From NCBI GenBank assembly GCA_002069975.1, contig MWCJ01000003.1:17657-81656 (forward strand): a stretch of DNA of 64,000 nt, given 5' to 3'. Below the pieces are notes generated by a model that was given only the letters and a program-made list of their open reading frames with translations, did no database searches and was not told the DNA's origin. The translations under genes were made by a program, and so were the position numbers. Origin of the DNA: Bacteroidetes bacterium ADurb.Bin217 (GTDB lineage: Bacteria; Bacteroidota; Bacteroidia; Bacteroidales; UBA1715). Positions 1 to 7,859 of this stretch are shown in pieces (position 1 is the first letter of the stretch; each line of letters opens with the position of its first letter).

Positions 1-155
1 CATTCAATAACTTACATCATATTCTTACTGTAAGAATTCGCAAGATACAAATAAAATTTGTAACATGAAAATTATTTACATTCACGAGACGAATGTTTCC
101 TTTTTTGGAGATCTCAAATTTAAAATAATCGCTGTATCATTCCGCACACATTTAC

Positions 156-764
156 TTATGGAATATGCATAAATTTATGCGTTTGAATAGATATACGCCA
201 CGTTGGATGTTGTTTTATATATTCTACAATACCCGGAATTGCTTTTTCGTATGAATTCCATTCGGGTTGTAAATATAAAACACATGATTTTGAAACTTTG
301 CGTGCACAGAATTCAGCCCATTCAAAATCAAGTGAGTTATCTATTACCACTTTTAATTCATTGGCATATGCATACGCTTCATCTTTGGGTTTATGATGTT
401 TTTTGGGCGAAACACATATCCATGTCCATGTTCCCGATAATTGATGAGTTCCACTTGTTTCTAAAAAAGTTTGCACTCCTGCTTCGTGCATTCGAGCACA
501 TAAAGCATCTAAATTATGCATAAGTGGTTCGCCACCGGTAATTACCACAGCGTTGGCTTTATGTTGAGCTATATTACTCATTATATCATCTATTGTTTCT
601 AACGGGTGAATATGAGGATTCCACGATTCCTTTACATCGCACCAACCGCAACACACATTACACCCACCAAAACGTATAAAATACGCCGGTTTGCCTGTAT
701 GAAACCCCTCGCCTTGTATACTATAAAACTGTTCTACTATGGGAAATGTGATTTTTTCGTTCAT
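156..764 (-). CDS. queE: 7-carboxy-7-deazaguanine synthase (radical SAM, queuosine pathway)
   Basis: ORF 156..803 trimmed to the internal Met (MNEKITFPIVEQFYSIQGEG). It has a C-x3-C-x2-C cluster in GGCNVCCGWCD and the ITGGEP and LQPEW motifs typical of QueE. Confidence 0.8.
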   Translation of the reverse strand: MNEKITFPIVEQFYSIQGEGFHTGKPAYFIRFGGCNVCCGWCDVKESWNPHIHPLETIDDIMSNIAQHKANAVVITGGEPLMHNLDALCARMHEAGVQTFLETSGTHQLSGTWTWICVSPKKHHKPKDEAYAYANELKVVIDNSLDFEWAEFCARKVSKSCVLYLQPEWNSYEKAIPGIVEYIKQHPTWRISIQTHKFMHIP

Positions 765-817
765 AACATATGTATAAATATCAACATTTGTGCATGCACA
801 CACTCTAATTATTAGAT

Positions 818-825
818 TATTTTTG
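818..825 (+). promoter_or_regulatory. Bacteroidota -7 promoter box (TAnnTTTG)
   Basis: TATTTTTG lies ~85 nt upstream of the 909 start codon and matches the sigma-AB -7 consensus. Confidence 0.35.
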
Positions 826-908
826 CAAAAGTAAACTTTTTTACCTTGGTACGACTATAGTATATACGATTTATGCCTATTGTTCGTATTTACATAAAAT
901 AAGAATTC

Positions 909-2654
909 ATGTCATTACACATTATTTCACATATAGCACGTATACTGAGCTCATTTGTTGTTTGTATACTTATTACATCTTCGGCATTTTCACAATCTAC
1001 CCCACATTCTTTTCTATTACCAATTGATATTCCCCCGTTACTTTCGGCTAATTACGGTGAATTACGCCCTAATCATTTTCATGGCGGATTAGATTTTAAA
1101 ACGCAATCGATAGTAGGTAAAAATTTAATTGCTATTGACAGTGGTTATGTGTCTCGTATTCAAGTAAGACCATCGGGATACGGCTTGGCTCTGTATATTA
1201 CTCATTACAATGGGTACACTAGTGTTTACGGACATTTACTATCGTTAAACCAAAAAATTGACAGTGTTGTAAAGGCTTACCAAAAATTTCATACAAAAAA
1301 TATTGTCGACATTCATTTTCAATCGCACGAATTACCAATACAGCGAGGCGAAATTATAGGATTATCCGGAAACAGTGGCAGTTCGGGAGGTCCGCATTTA
1401 CATTTTGAAATTCGCGACAGCAAAACACAAAACACTCTAAACCCTCTATTATTTTACCCGCAAATAGTTGACAAATCTCGCCCTAAAATTACTGCTATAG
1501 GTGTATATCCGCTTGATTCATCAAGTTTCGTATCACAAGCTCGCTCCAAGAAATTTTACAAAGTACTTACAAATAAATCTGAAGGATTACAAAAAATTTC
1601 GGAACCTATACACGCATGGGGCACAATAGGTTTTTCGGTGCAAGGCAATGATTTTATGCAAGGCACCGGACATGTATATGGGTTTTATACCGTAAAACTA
1701 CTCTGCAACGATACGGTACTGTATGCTCGAAGAATCGACGAAATTTCGTTTGAAAATACCGCCGATATCAACAGTTTTATAGATTACACCGAATACGCCA
1801 AAACTAAACGATATTTCGAAAAAGCTTTTGTAGAACCTAACAATACGTTGCAAGTATATACGCACCTTCACAATTACGGAAAATATTCGGCAAAAACCAT
1901 AGATACCGTAACTTGCGAATTTATAGTGGGAGATTTTAACGAAAATATGGCTGCGGTAACATTTACCGTAATACAACAACCCATACACGATACTATTCTA
2001 TCAAAATTACCTCCCTACCCTCAAAAAAATTCATGCAAATTACCGTTTACTCACACATTACAAGGATTTACATTTACAGGTAACGAACAAACGTTTTTTA
2101 CCGATTTCACATTCACAGCAACAGTAGATACTCTTAATCCTAAAAAACGATATCATTCTCATAGATATTCTATCAAATCGGATCAATTGATATTTAAAAA
2201 AGCTGCAAGTATTCAAATACAATCACATGTTCCCAAAGAACTACAAGAAAAAGCTATTATTGAACTCAGTAATGCCGCCGGAGCCAAAAGTCCAATATTA
2301 GCAACATTCGATGAACAAGGTATAGCTTCGGGATATACCAAACGTCCGGGTACTTTTGGTGTAGTATTAGATACGGTTGCACCGTTTGTGAAACCAAATT
2401 TTGCAAACAATGGCAACTTGCAAGCAAACAAATCGCTCTCGTTTAAAATAAGCGACAATTTTTCGGGTATCAAAGAATACAATGCGTATGTTGATGATGA
2501 ATGGGTAATATTAAATTATGATGCCAAAAGTGCTACCGTGTATTTAAAATTTGCCGATACCAATATGCAATTCAATACAAAACATAGTCTTAGAATAGAA
2601 GTACGCGATATGTGTAACAACACAACTACCAAAGAATATTCATTTTTTAAATAA
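909..2654 (+). CDS. M23 family metallopeptidase with long C-terminal extension
   Basis: Carries the LytM/M23 motifs HFHGGLDF and GNSGSSGGPHLHFEI, plus an N-terminal signal/anchor segment. Confidence 0.85.
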   Translation: MSLHIISHIARILSSFVVCILITSSAFSQSTPHSFLLPIDIPPLLSANYGELRPNHFHGGLDFKTQSIVGKNLIAIDSGYVSRIQVRPSGYGLALYITHYNGYTSVYGHLLSLNQKIDSVVKAYQKFHTKNIVDIHFQSHELPIQRGEIIGLSGNSGSSGGPHLHFEIRDSKTQNTLNPLLFYPQIVDKSRPKITAIGVYPLDSSSFVSQARSKKFYKVLTNKSEGLQKISEPIHAWGTIGFSVQGNDFMQGTGHVYGFYTVKLLCNDTVLYARRIDEISFENTADINSFIDYTEYAKTKRYFEKAFVEPNNTLQVYTHLHNYGKYSAKTIDTVTCEFIVGDFNENMAAVTFTVIQQPIHDTILSKLPPYPQKNSCKLPFTHTLQGFTFTGNEQTFFTDFTFTATVDTLNPKKRYHSHRYSIKSDQLIFKKAASIQIQSHVPKELQEKAIIELSNAAGAKSPILATFDEQGIASGYTKRPGTFGVVLDTVAPFVKPNFANNGNLQANKSLSFKISDNFSGIKEYNAYVDDEWVILNYDAKSATVYLKFADTNMQFNTKHSLRIEVRDMCNNTTTKEYSFFK

Positions 2655-2661
2655 TTATACT

Positions 2662-2832
2662 ATGGAAGACAAAGTATTAGCTACAATGAAGCAAGCAGGA
2701 AAACCGCTTAAAGCAGGTGAAATTGCAGAACTTTCGGGTTTAGACAAAAAAGATGTAGAAAAAGCTATGAAAGCACTACAAAAAAAAGATGCGATATTTT
2801 CGCCAATTCGATGCCAATGGCAAGCTAAATAA
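2662..2832 (+). CDS. small winged-helix DNA-binding protein (56 aa, not in ORF track)
   Basis: ATG at 2662 sits 7 nt after the M23 stop. The translation is MEDKVLATMKQAGKPLKAGEIAELSGLDKKDVEKAMKALQKKDAIFSPIRCQWQAK, and the GEIAELSGLDKKDV segment looks like an HTH. Confidence 0.5.
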   Translation: MEDKVLATMKQAGKPLKAGEIAELSGLDKKDVEKAMKALQKKDAIFSPIRCQWQAK

Positions 2833-3092
2833 CGTCAACTCGACGTAATTTTTGAGTTCAGACCGCTTAGAGGCAGTAAGATTCGATTAATAAACACGCA
2901 ATCATATCGGGATATTATAAGTGTTTATTAAGAAGAAGATTGCTGTCTATAAGCGGTTTTATAATGCTTTTTATAAGAATTCGATTCTCTTCGTTACATA
3001 TTTTCAAAGTAGCCCGCTACATTTTCAAATATGTGCCTTGATAATCAAATCCTTATAAAATCTGAACTTAAATAATTACATCGAGTTGACGT
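2833..3092. mobile_element. MITE-like 260 bp nested-hairpin element with terminal inverted repeats and TAAATAA flanks
   Basis: The arms 2831-2862 and 3061-3093 are inverted repeats matching at ~27 of 32 positions. Inner stems are 2862-2879/2940-2957 (15 of 18), 2887-2897/2921-2931 (11 of 11) and 2996-3003/3027-3034. The heptamer TAAATAA occurs on both flanks (2826-2832 and 3093-3099). Confidence 0.5.
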
Positions 3093-3118
3093 TAAATAAC
3101 AAATATTCTGTGTATCTG

Positions 3119-3152
3119 TAATCATTCTGAAAACAGGTATTCAGAATGATTA
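3119..3152. promoter_or_regulatory. perfect 13 bp inverted repeat (operator-like or hairpin) upstream of 3178 gene
   Basis: TAATCATTCTGAA (3119-3131) and TTCAGAATGATTA (3140-3152) are exact reverse complements separated by an 8 nt spacer. The repeat ends 26 nt before the ATG. Confidence 0.4.
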
Positions 3153-3177
3153 TAGAACACTATTACACTATTGTAAA

Positions 3178-3825
3178 ATGACAGAAAAAAAAGCAATACT
3201 ATTAGGTGCAAGCGGATTAGTAGGAAACGAACTCTTACACCTACTCATTCACGACAACTATTTTACACACATACACATTCTGAGTCGTAAACCTCTTAGC
3301 ATTCAACACTCAAAAGTTACCGTAGAATGTATTGATTTTTTAGATGGCATATCACTCGAAGCAGCTATTACCGAATGCGACACTGTGTTTTGTTGTATAG
3401 GTACCACACAAAAACAAGTACAAGGAAATAAACACAGGTATCGTGATATAGATTATGGAATCCCTATTCGTGTTGCACAAGTTTGTAAACAAAAACACAT
3501 TAATCATTTTTCACTTGTATCGTCAATTGGAGCTAATAGCACGAGTTCAAATTTTTATTTACACCTCAAAGGCGAAACAGAACAAGCACTCCAACAATTC
3601 CCTATACCATCAATAGCTATTTTCAGACCATCGATGCTGTTAGGAAACCGTACCCAATCGAGACCCGCAGAAACCATTTCGAAGTATATAATGCAAGCAA
3701 TATCATGGCTAATACCGGCAACATACAAACCTATTCATGCTCGCAAGGTTGCATACAGCATGCTTTGGTATGCAAAACAAAAATTATTGGGTGTTCAAAT
3801 AGTAGAGAATAAATATATGATATAA
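3178..3825 (+). CDS. NAD(P)H-binding atypical SDR/epimerase-like protein
   Basis: N-terminal Rossmann motif ILLGASGLVGNELL in a ~215 aa protein, as in the HTATIP2/NmrA-like family. Confidence 0.7.
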   Translation: MTEKKAILLGASGLVGNELLHLLIHDNYFTHIHILSRKPLSIQHSKVTVECIDFLDGISLEAAITECDTVFCCIGTTQKQVQGNKHRYRDIDYGIPIRVAQVCKQKHINHFSLVSSIGANSTSSNFYLHLKGETEQALQQFPIPSIAIFRPSMLLGNRTQSRPAETISKYIMQAISWLIPATYKPIHARKVAYSMLWYAKQKLLGVQIVENKYMI

Positions 3826-3883
3826 CGGGGTTCGTTGTCGTCAATCTGTAAGCCGTTAGAAAACTACACTTGTTTTCTTCCAT

Positions 3884-4480
3884 TCAGATAATTTTTTTTA
3901 ACGAATCGTTATCCCAATTTGCCGGATTGTTTATAATATATTCCGATATTTTCAAATATGATTGTTCATCGCGGATAATGTGTTCGTGGTAATTGCGTTG
4001 CCATAATTTGCCCATCGTTTCATTATTAATTTTAAAATAATTTCAAACATTCATTTGCCGCCAACGATTTGTATGACCCCACAATGTCGGATACCGTAGG
4101 GGCAACCCTCACGGTTGACCCATTATTGATTGATTCATTATTGATTCATTATTGGTTGACCAATTATACATATCATTTTGGGCAGGGGTGAACCCTGCCC
4201 CTACGGGAATTTCGTTCAATAAAATAATACCGTGAATATGGTTGGGCATTATTTGAAATACATCCAATTCAAAATTGGGAAATCGTTCGGGCAATTTTGC
4301 CCATTCGTTATATGCTACCATTCCCAATTCATTTAAAACCATTTCACTGTTTTTTATATGGCCAAACCTACAAATCCTGTCTTGACAACAAATGGTAATA
4401 AAATACAATCCTGCCTGCGAATAATCATAGCCTTTCAGGCGTATGCTGCGGCGATGATGTTTTTGCAGATTGTAGGTCAT
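3884..4480 (-). pseudogene. REP-associated tyrosine transposase (RAYT / IS200-like Y1 transposase), frame-disrupted
   Basis: The N-terminal fragment 4109..4480 carries the HUH motif (MPNHIHGIILL). The middle fragment 4032-4121 (RVAPTVSDIVGSYKSLAANECLKLF) is shifted by one base. The C-terminal fragment 3884-4042 (KLWQRNYHEHIIRDEQSYLKISEYIINNPANW) is back in the first frame. In-frame TGA codons occur at 4109-4111 and 4043-4045. Confidence 0.7.
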
Positions 4481-4505
4481 ATTGTCTTTCGTTTTTTCTA
4501 TTATT

Positions 4506-4610
4506 GGGTAGCCGCAAGGCTATCTACTCTCTATCGTATCTTTCAGGGGTAACCGCAAAGGCTACCCTTACGGCGTAGTCGACTCGTTGGGGCAACCCTC
4601 GCGGTTAGCC
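4506..4610. repeat. cluster of three GC-rich REP-like hairpins upstream of the RAYT remnant
   Basis: The three hairpins are GGGTAGCCGCAAGGCTATC (4506-4524), GGGGTAACCGCAAAGGCTACCC (4546-4567) and GGGGCAACCCTCGCGGTTAGCC (4589-4610). The last is a 19 of 22 direct copy of 4099-4120 inside the pseudogene. Confidence 0.45.
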
Positions 4611-4717
4611 TTATCGTACACTACCCTCTACATATACAGCACTCTTTCTTCCTTCACTTTCTGGTATTGAATAATGTATTTTTATGTGCGTTGACTATAC
4701 GATGTAAATTTTTTACT

Positions 4718-5095
4718 TCAATGGTACTTTTCATTTATTATTGATTCCAAAATTCCTCTACCTGCTTTAAATAATTCATCATCGAACCTCAAACCTCTTA
4801 TTGTTTGAATTTTTAATTCTGATTTATTATGTATTGATTCTATTGTATTTTTTAACCAATTTGAATCTTTCAATCGTTTTTCGACTAAAACACAAACTCT
4901 TTTAATATATTCAAAATCATTTTCTGTTAAATATCCTGTATTTGCTTGCTCTAAACTTCTCGGATTTACACCTAAGTCAAGTTCCGATTCAAATTGAGCA
5001 ATTCTGATAACTTTTCTAAGTAAAATCTCATTACCTTCTAATAATTCAAATCTCATTTGATTTATTTCGGATTGTCTGACATTATCATTGTTCAT
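4718..5095 (-). CDS. hypothetical protein (orphan, 125 aa)
   Basis: Clean ORF in a very AT-rich region. I recognise no motif. Confidence 0.45.
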   Translation of the reverse strand: MNNDNVRQSEINQMRFELLEGNEILLRKVIRIAQFESELDLGVNPRSLEQANTGYLTENDFEYIKRVCVLVEKRLKDSNWLKNTIESIHNKSELKIQTIRGLRFDDELFKAGRGILESIINEKYH

Positions 5096-5462
5096 AAAGT
5101 ATAAATATTGAAATACATATAATTTTTTTGGTATAAAATTCTCGTAAAAATCAAAACTAACATTTTTAATTTTATTTACATTTCAGCATTGTAATTAACT
5201 GATATTAATGTCTTTTTTTATCTTTCATTTTACGTTAGCGTTCTAGTTTGAACGCTGTTTGTAGTATAGATAATATAACGCTCAAAGTTTTCGCACCATA
5301 CCTTCGTAGCAGTATTTATCTCCAATGAACTCACTTTGTTCGAGTCGTGGTTCGCGTTCTGTCAACCGATAGAAAACTATACAAGCAAGCGAGAACAAAA
5401 TGCCTTACGAGACTACTGCCATGAGGCTTAGCGTGTGTTACCAGTTCGTGCAATTATTTCTA

Positions 5463-6095
5463 TTAAAAACTCATTCCTAAACCAACATTAAATATAGGTA
5501 ATATCATCCAATTATTTTTGATATTATCACTTGTTTTACTAAGAAAATAATCATTTTTTTCTTGGTCTGTATAAATATCTGAAATATATGGATATTTTAT
5601 ATTTGTTTCATTAACTGTTTCATTAATGATTTGTATTCCAGTTAAAATTGTAATATTCAATATTGAAAAATGTTTAGAATATCCAATACCATTTAATAAA
5701 CATATTTGTTTACTTGATTGATTATATGTGTTGGTAAAAAAATCTTCTGATATTTCTACATTACTTGCTAACACATCTCTATACATTATTCCAATTGAAT
5801 AAAACGGAAAATTTGTTTTGATTTTTGTTTTGATTTGCAATTCACTACTAAATTCAAAACCTTTCAAATTTCCTTGTGTTGTTCCGTAAGCAAAATCATT
5901 AATAGTTTTTCCACCATTTAATTTTATTAAAAATTTGCCAAAATCATATTTTATGTAAATACAATTATCGACAAATAAATTTGTCTCAACTCCAAAATTA
6001 ATATGTTTGACACTATCATTTTGAGAATATAAATGCATTGAAATACATATTAGTATTATTAATGTACTTATCTGTTTTCCTATTCTTTTTAGCAT
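5463..6095 (-). CDS. hypothetical secreted protein, possible small outer-membrane beta-barrel
   Basis: ORF trimmed to Met16. It has a signal peptide (MLKRIGKQISTLIILICISMHLYSQ) and alternating hydrophobic pattern, and ends in GLGMSF (aromatic C-terminus typical of OMPs). Confidence 0.5.
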   Translation of the reverse strand: MLKRIGKQISTLIILICISMHLYSQNDSVKHINFGVETNLFVDNCIYIKYDFGKFLIKLNGGKTINDFAYGTTQGNLKGFEFSSELQIKTKIKTNFPFYSIGIMYRDVLASNVEISEDFFTNTYNQSSKQICLLNGIGYSKHFSILNITILTGIQIINETVNETNIKYPYISDIYTDQEKNDYFLSKTSDNIKNNWMILPIFNVGLGMSF

Positions 6096-6099
6096 ACAA

Positions 6100-6612
6100 T
6101 TAAATGTTTTTTCTTTCTTTCTTATAAAACATATATGCATAACAGATACTCATGATTCCATTTAATGGATATTTTTTATCAATTAAATAAGAAATATGGA
6201 TATCCATATGTTTTTTTCTCATTCCAACTCGACTATTAAAACCATAAAATCCTTCAGCTGTACTTATAAAGTATTCAAATCCTATACTTGTATATATTCC
6301 AAACTTTTTTTTCGATTGATTTCCACATGCATAACCATAACTATATTCATATTTCAACGGAATATAATCAATTCCTAAAATAATGGGATATAATGGTATC
6401 AATGAAATTTCGGAACCAAGTGAAAAACTATTTTCATTATTTAAATTTAGAATTTTTATTGTATTGGCATACGTTACACTTGGTATCGGTATGTTATAAA
6501 TAATAAATGCTGTTATTCCTAAAGAATGATTGCTTTCATTTTGTGAGAATAACATTTTGGAATTAAACATTAATATTAAAAATACTGTTAAAATTGCAAT
6601 TCTATATTTCAT
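6100..6612 (-). CDS. hypothetical secreted protein
   Basis: Signal peptide MKYRIAILTVFLILMFNSKMLFSQ. The stop lies 4 nt before the start of the next ORF, which suggests an operon. Confidence 0.5.
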   Translation of the reverse strand: MKYRIAILTVFLILMFNSKMLFSQNESNHSLGITAFIIYNIPIPSVTYANTIKILNLNNENSFSLGSEISLIPLYPIILGIDYIPLKYEYSYGYACGNQSKKKFGIYTSIGFEYFISTAEGFYGFNSRVGMRKKHMDIHISYLIDKKYPLNGIMSICYAYMFYKKERKNI

Positions 6613-6644
6613 TTTATCATATTGAGCTTTCGGTTTAGCATGAC

Positions 6645-6784
6645 TGGTAATGTTTTGCAGCTACAAGAAGTTGGCGATTTCGAAGCACTAAACTGTCTGC
6701 CACCACCGAACTTGAGCCGAAGCACAAATGTTTATGTAACCACTGAACCGCCAATTTCTTGTAGGTGCTGTTAGCCACAGTTTT
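6645..6784. repeat. imperfect palindromic intergenic element (attC-like or REP-like)
   Basis: GCAGCTACAAGAAGTTGGCG (6657-6676) pairs with CGCCAATTTCTTGTAGGTGC (6749-6768). The element is flanked by GGTAAT (6646-6651) and GTTAGCC (6770-6776) and is visibly G+C-richer than the adjacent ORFs. Confidence 0.5.
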
Positions 6785-7443
6785 TATTTTCGGTTAGTTC
6801 TTGTTTCAATGTTGTTGTCACCAAATTGTTTGTCATTATATAACTGCTCATCATTTTTAAAAAATTTCTTCGATTCCTTCAAATAGTCTTTGTCAAGTTT
6901 TGCATTATCTGTTGTTTCTAAATATGTATAAGCTCTTTGAATAAATCTTCCTGCACCTTCAAATTGTTTACTCATAAAAAGTGTTCCGATTAAAGATACG
7001 TATGTTATAAACTCATATTGAATATGATTTCTTTTCAAATATTCAATTGGTAGTTTTTGATTCATACTTTGAAAGTGCGAAATTATTCCGATGTCTTTTA
7101 GGTATTTTTCTTTTTCAATAACAAACCAGTCATCCACTAATTCGCCATTGAGATTTGATTCGAGTTCGTAATATCCTATTGGCTCTAAATTGTCAAGCCA
7201 TTTTTGGTTTTCAACGTAAAGTCCAATTCTAGTTGTGATAATAGAAACACCATGTCTTCTGTCAATTCGATATTCAAAACCATCAAACTTTGTGATAATT
7301 TCATCTTGAATAAAACCACATAAAAAGTTCTTATCGTCTGAGTTGTCAGAAAATATTTTAGTGAGAGAGTCAAACGCAGTCTTTTTCAAGTCAAGCGTCT
7401 TAACTCTTTCTGTCAATAATATTTCTAGTTCGTGGTCTTTCAT
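6784..7443 (-). CDS. hypothetical protein (orphan, 219 aa)
   Basis: Clean ORF with no recognised motif. It is bracketed exactly by a 16 bp perfect inverted repeat (6769-6784 / 7444-7459). Confidence 0.5.
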   Translation of the reverse strand: MKDHELEILLTERVKTLDLKKTAFDSLTKIFSDNSDDKNFLCGFIQDEIITKFDGFEYRIDRRHGVSIITTRIGLYVENQKWLDNLEPIGYYELESNLNGELVDDWFVIEKEKYLKDIGIISHFQSMNQKLPIEYLKRNHIQYEFITYVSLIGTLFMSKQFEGAGRFIQRAYTYLETTDNAKLDKDYLKESKKFFKNDEQLYNDKQFGDNNIETRTNRK

Positions 7444-7464
7444 AAAACTGTGGCTAACATCCCA

Positions 7465-7484
7465 ATATCACCAATTGGTGATAT
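7465..7484. promoter_or_regulatory. perfect 20 bp palindrome, operator-like
   Basis: ATATCACCAATTGGTGATAT is its own reverse complement and lies 22-41 nt upstream of the ATG at 7443. An extra half-site-like CACCAAA follows at ~7498. Confidence 0.35.
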
Positions 7485-7739
7485 ATATTTTATATTTCAC
7501 CAAATATACCTAAAAATACCTATACACCAAACTAGGCAATACAAATATTTTTGTTGGATTTTCGAAACAAACAACAAAACCTACACAAAGTACATAAAAA
7601 ATCCCCGGCAAATTTTCGGATGTAGTTCAACACCGAATCAAGGTTGGTGAGTACTTCGACATGCTCAGTAACCACCTGTCGAACCGTGCAAGCCGCTCAG
7701 ATTTCTATGTATTATAGCCAGTGGTTATTCTATTTTTAC

Positions 7740-7859
7740 GGGAGTTCTAAAAATCCAATTTTCTGCGTTACGCAAATTTTGTAAAATCCTCATTTACTAG
7801 AGTAAACTGCGGTTTTCCAAAATTTGCAAGCCTTGAAACTTGTATTTTTAGAAGTTCCC
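7740..7859. repeat. 120 bp imperfect palindrome overlapping the 3' end of the Fic gene
   Basis: The 59 nt arms 7740-7798 and 7801-7859 are complementary at ~44 of 59 positions, centred on TTTACT-AG-AGTAAA. They include GCAAATTTTG and TTCTAAAAAT blocks. Confidence 0.5.

Noticed and set aside
5340-5365. tRNA-like T-arm (GGTTCGCGTTC) and other GC-rich patches (7640-7720, 16186-16262) as tRNA or tmRNA genes or att-site fragments.
   Set aside because: There is no GGTTCGAATCC-type T-loop, no acceptor-stem complementarity and no cloverleaf spacing that I could trace. These are more likely part of the structured repeat family.
7432-7650. 72 aa plus-strand ORF in the spacer upstream of ORF 6784-7443.
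   Set aside because: It starts inside the neighbouring gene's start region and spans the 20 bp palindrome and promoter-like AT-rich DNA. Nothing supports it as coding.
7740-7859. Strict attC identity for every island spacer.
   Set aside because: This palindrome and the one at 9133-9296 lack recognisable RYYYAAC / GTTRRRY cores at their ends, and no intI gene is in the window. The attC idea is therefore kept only as one hypothesis alongside REP/BIME or MITE origin.
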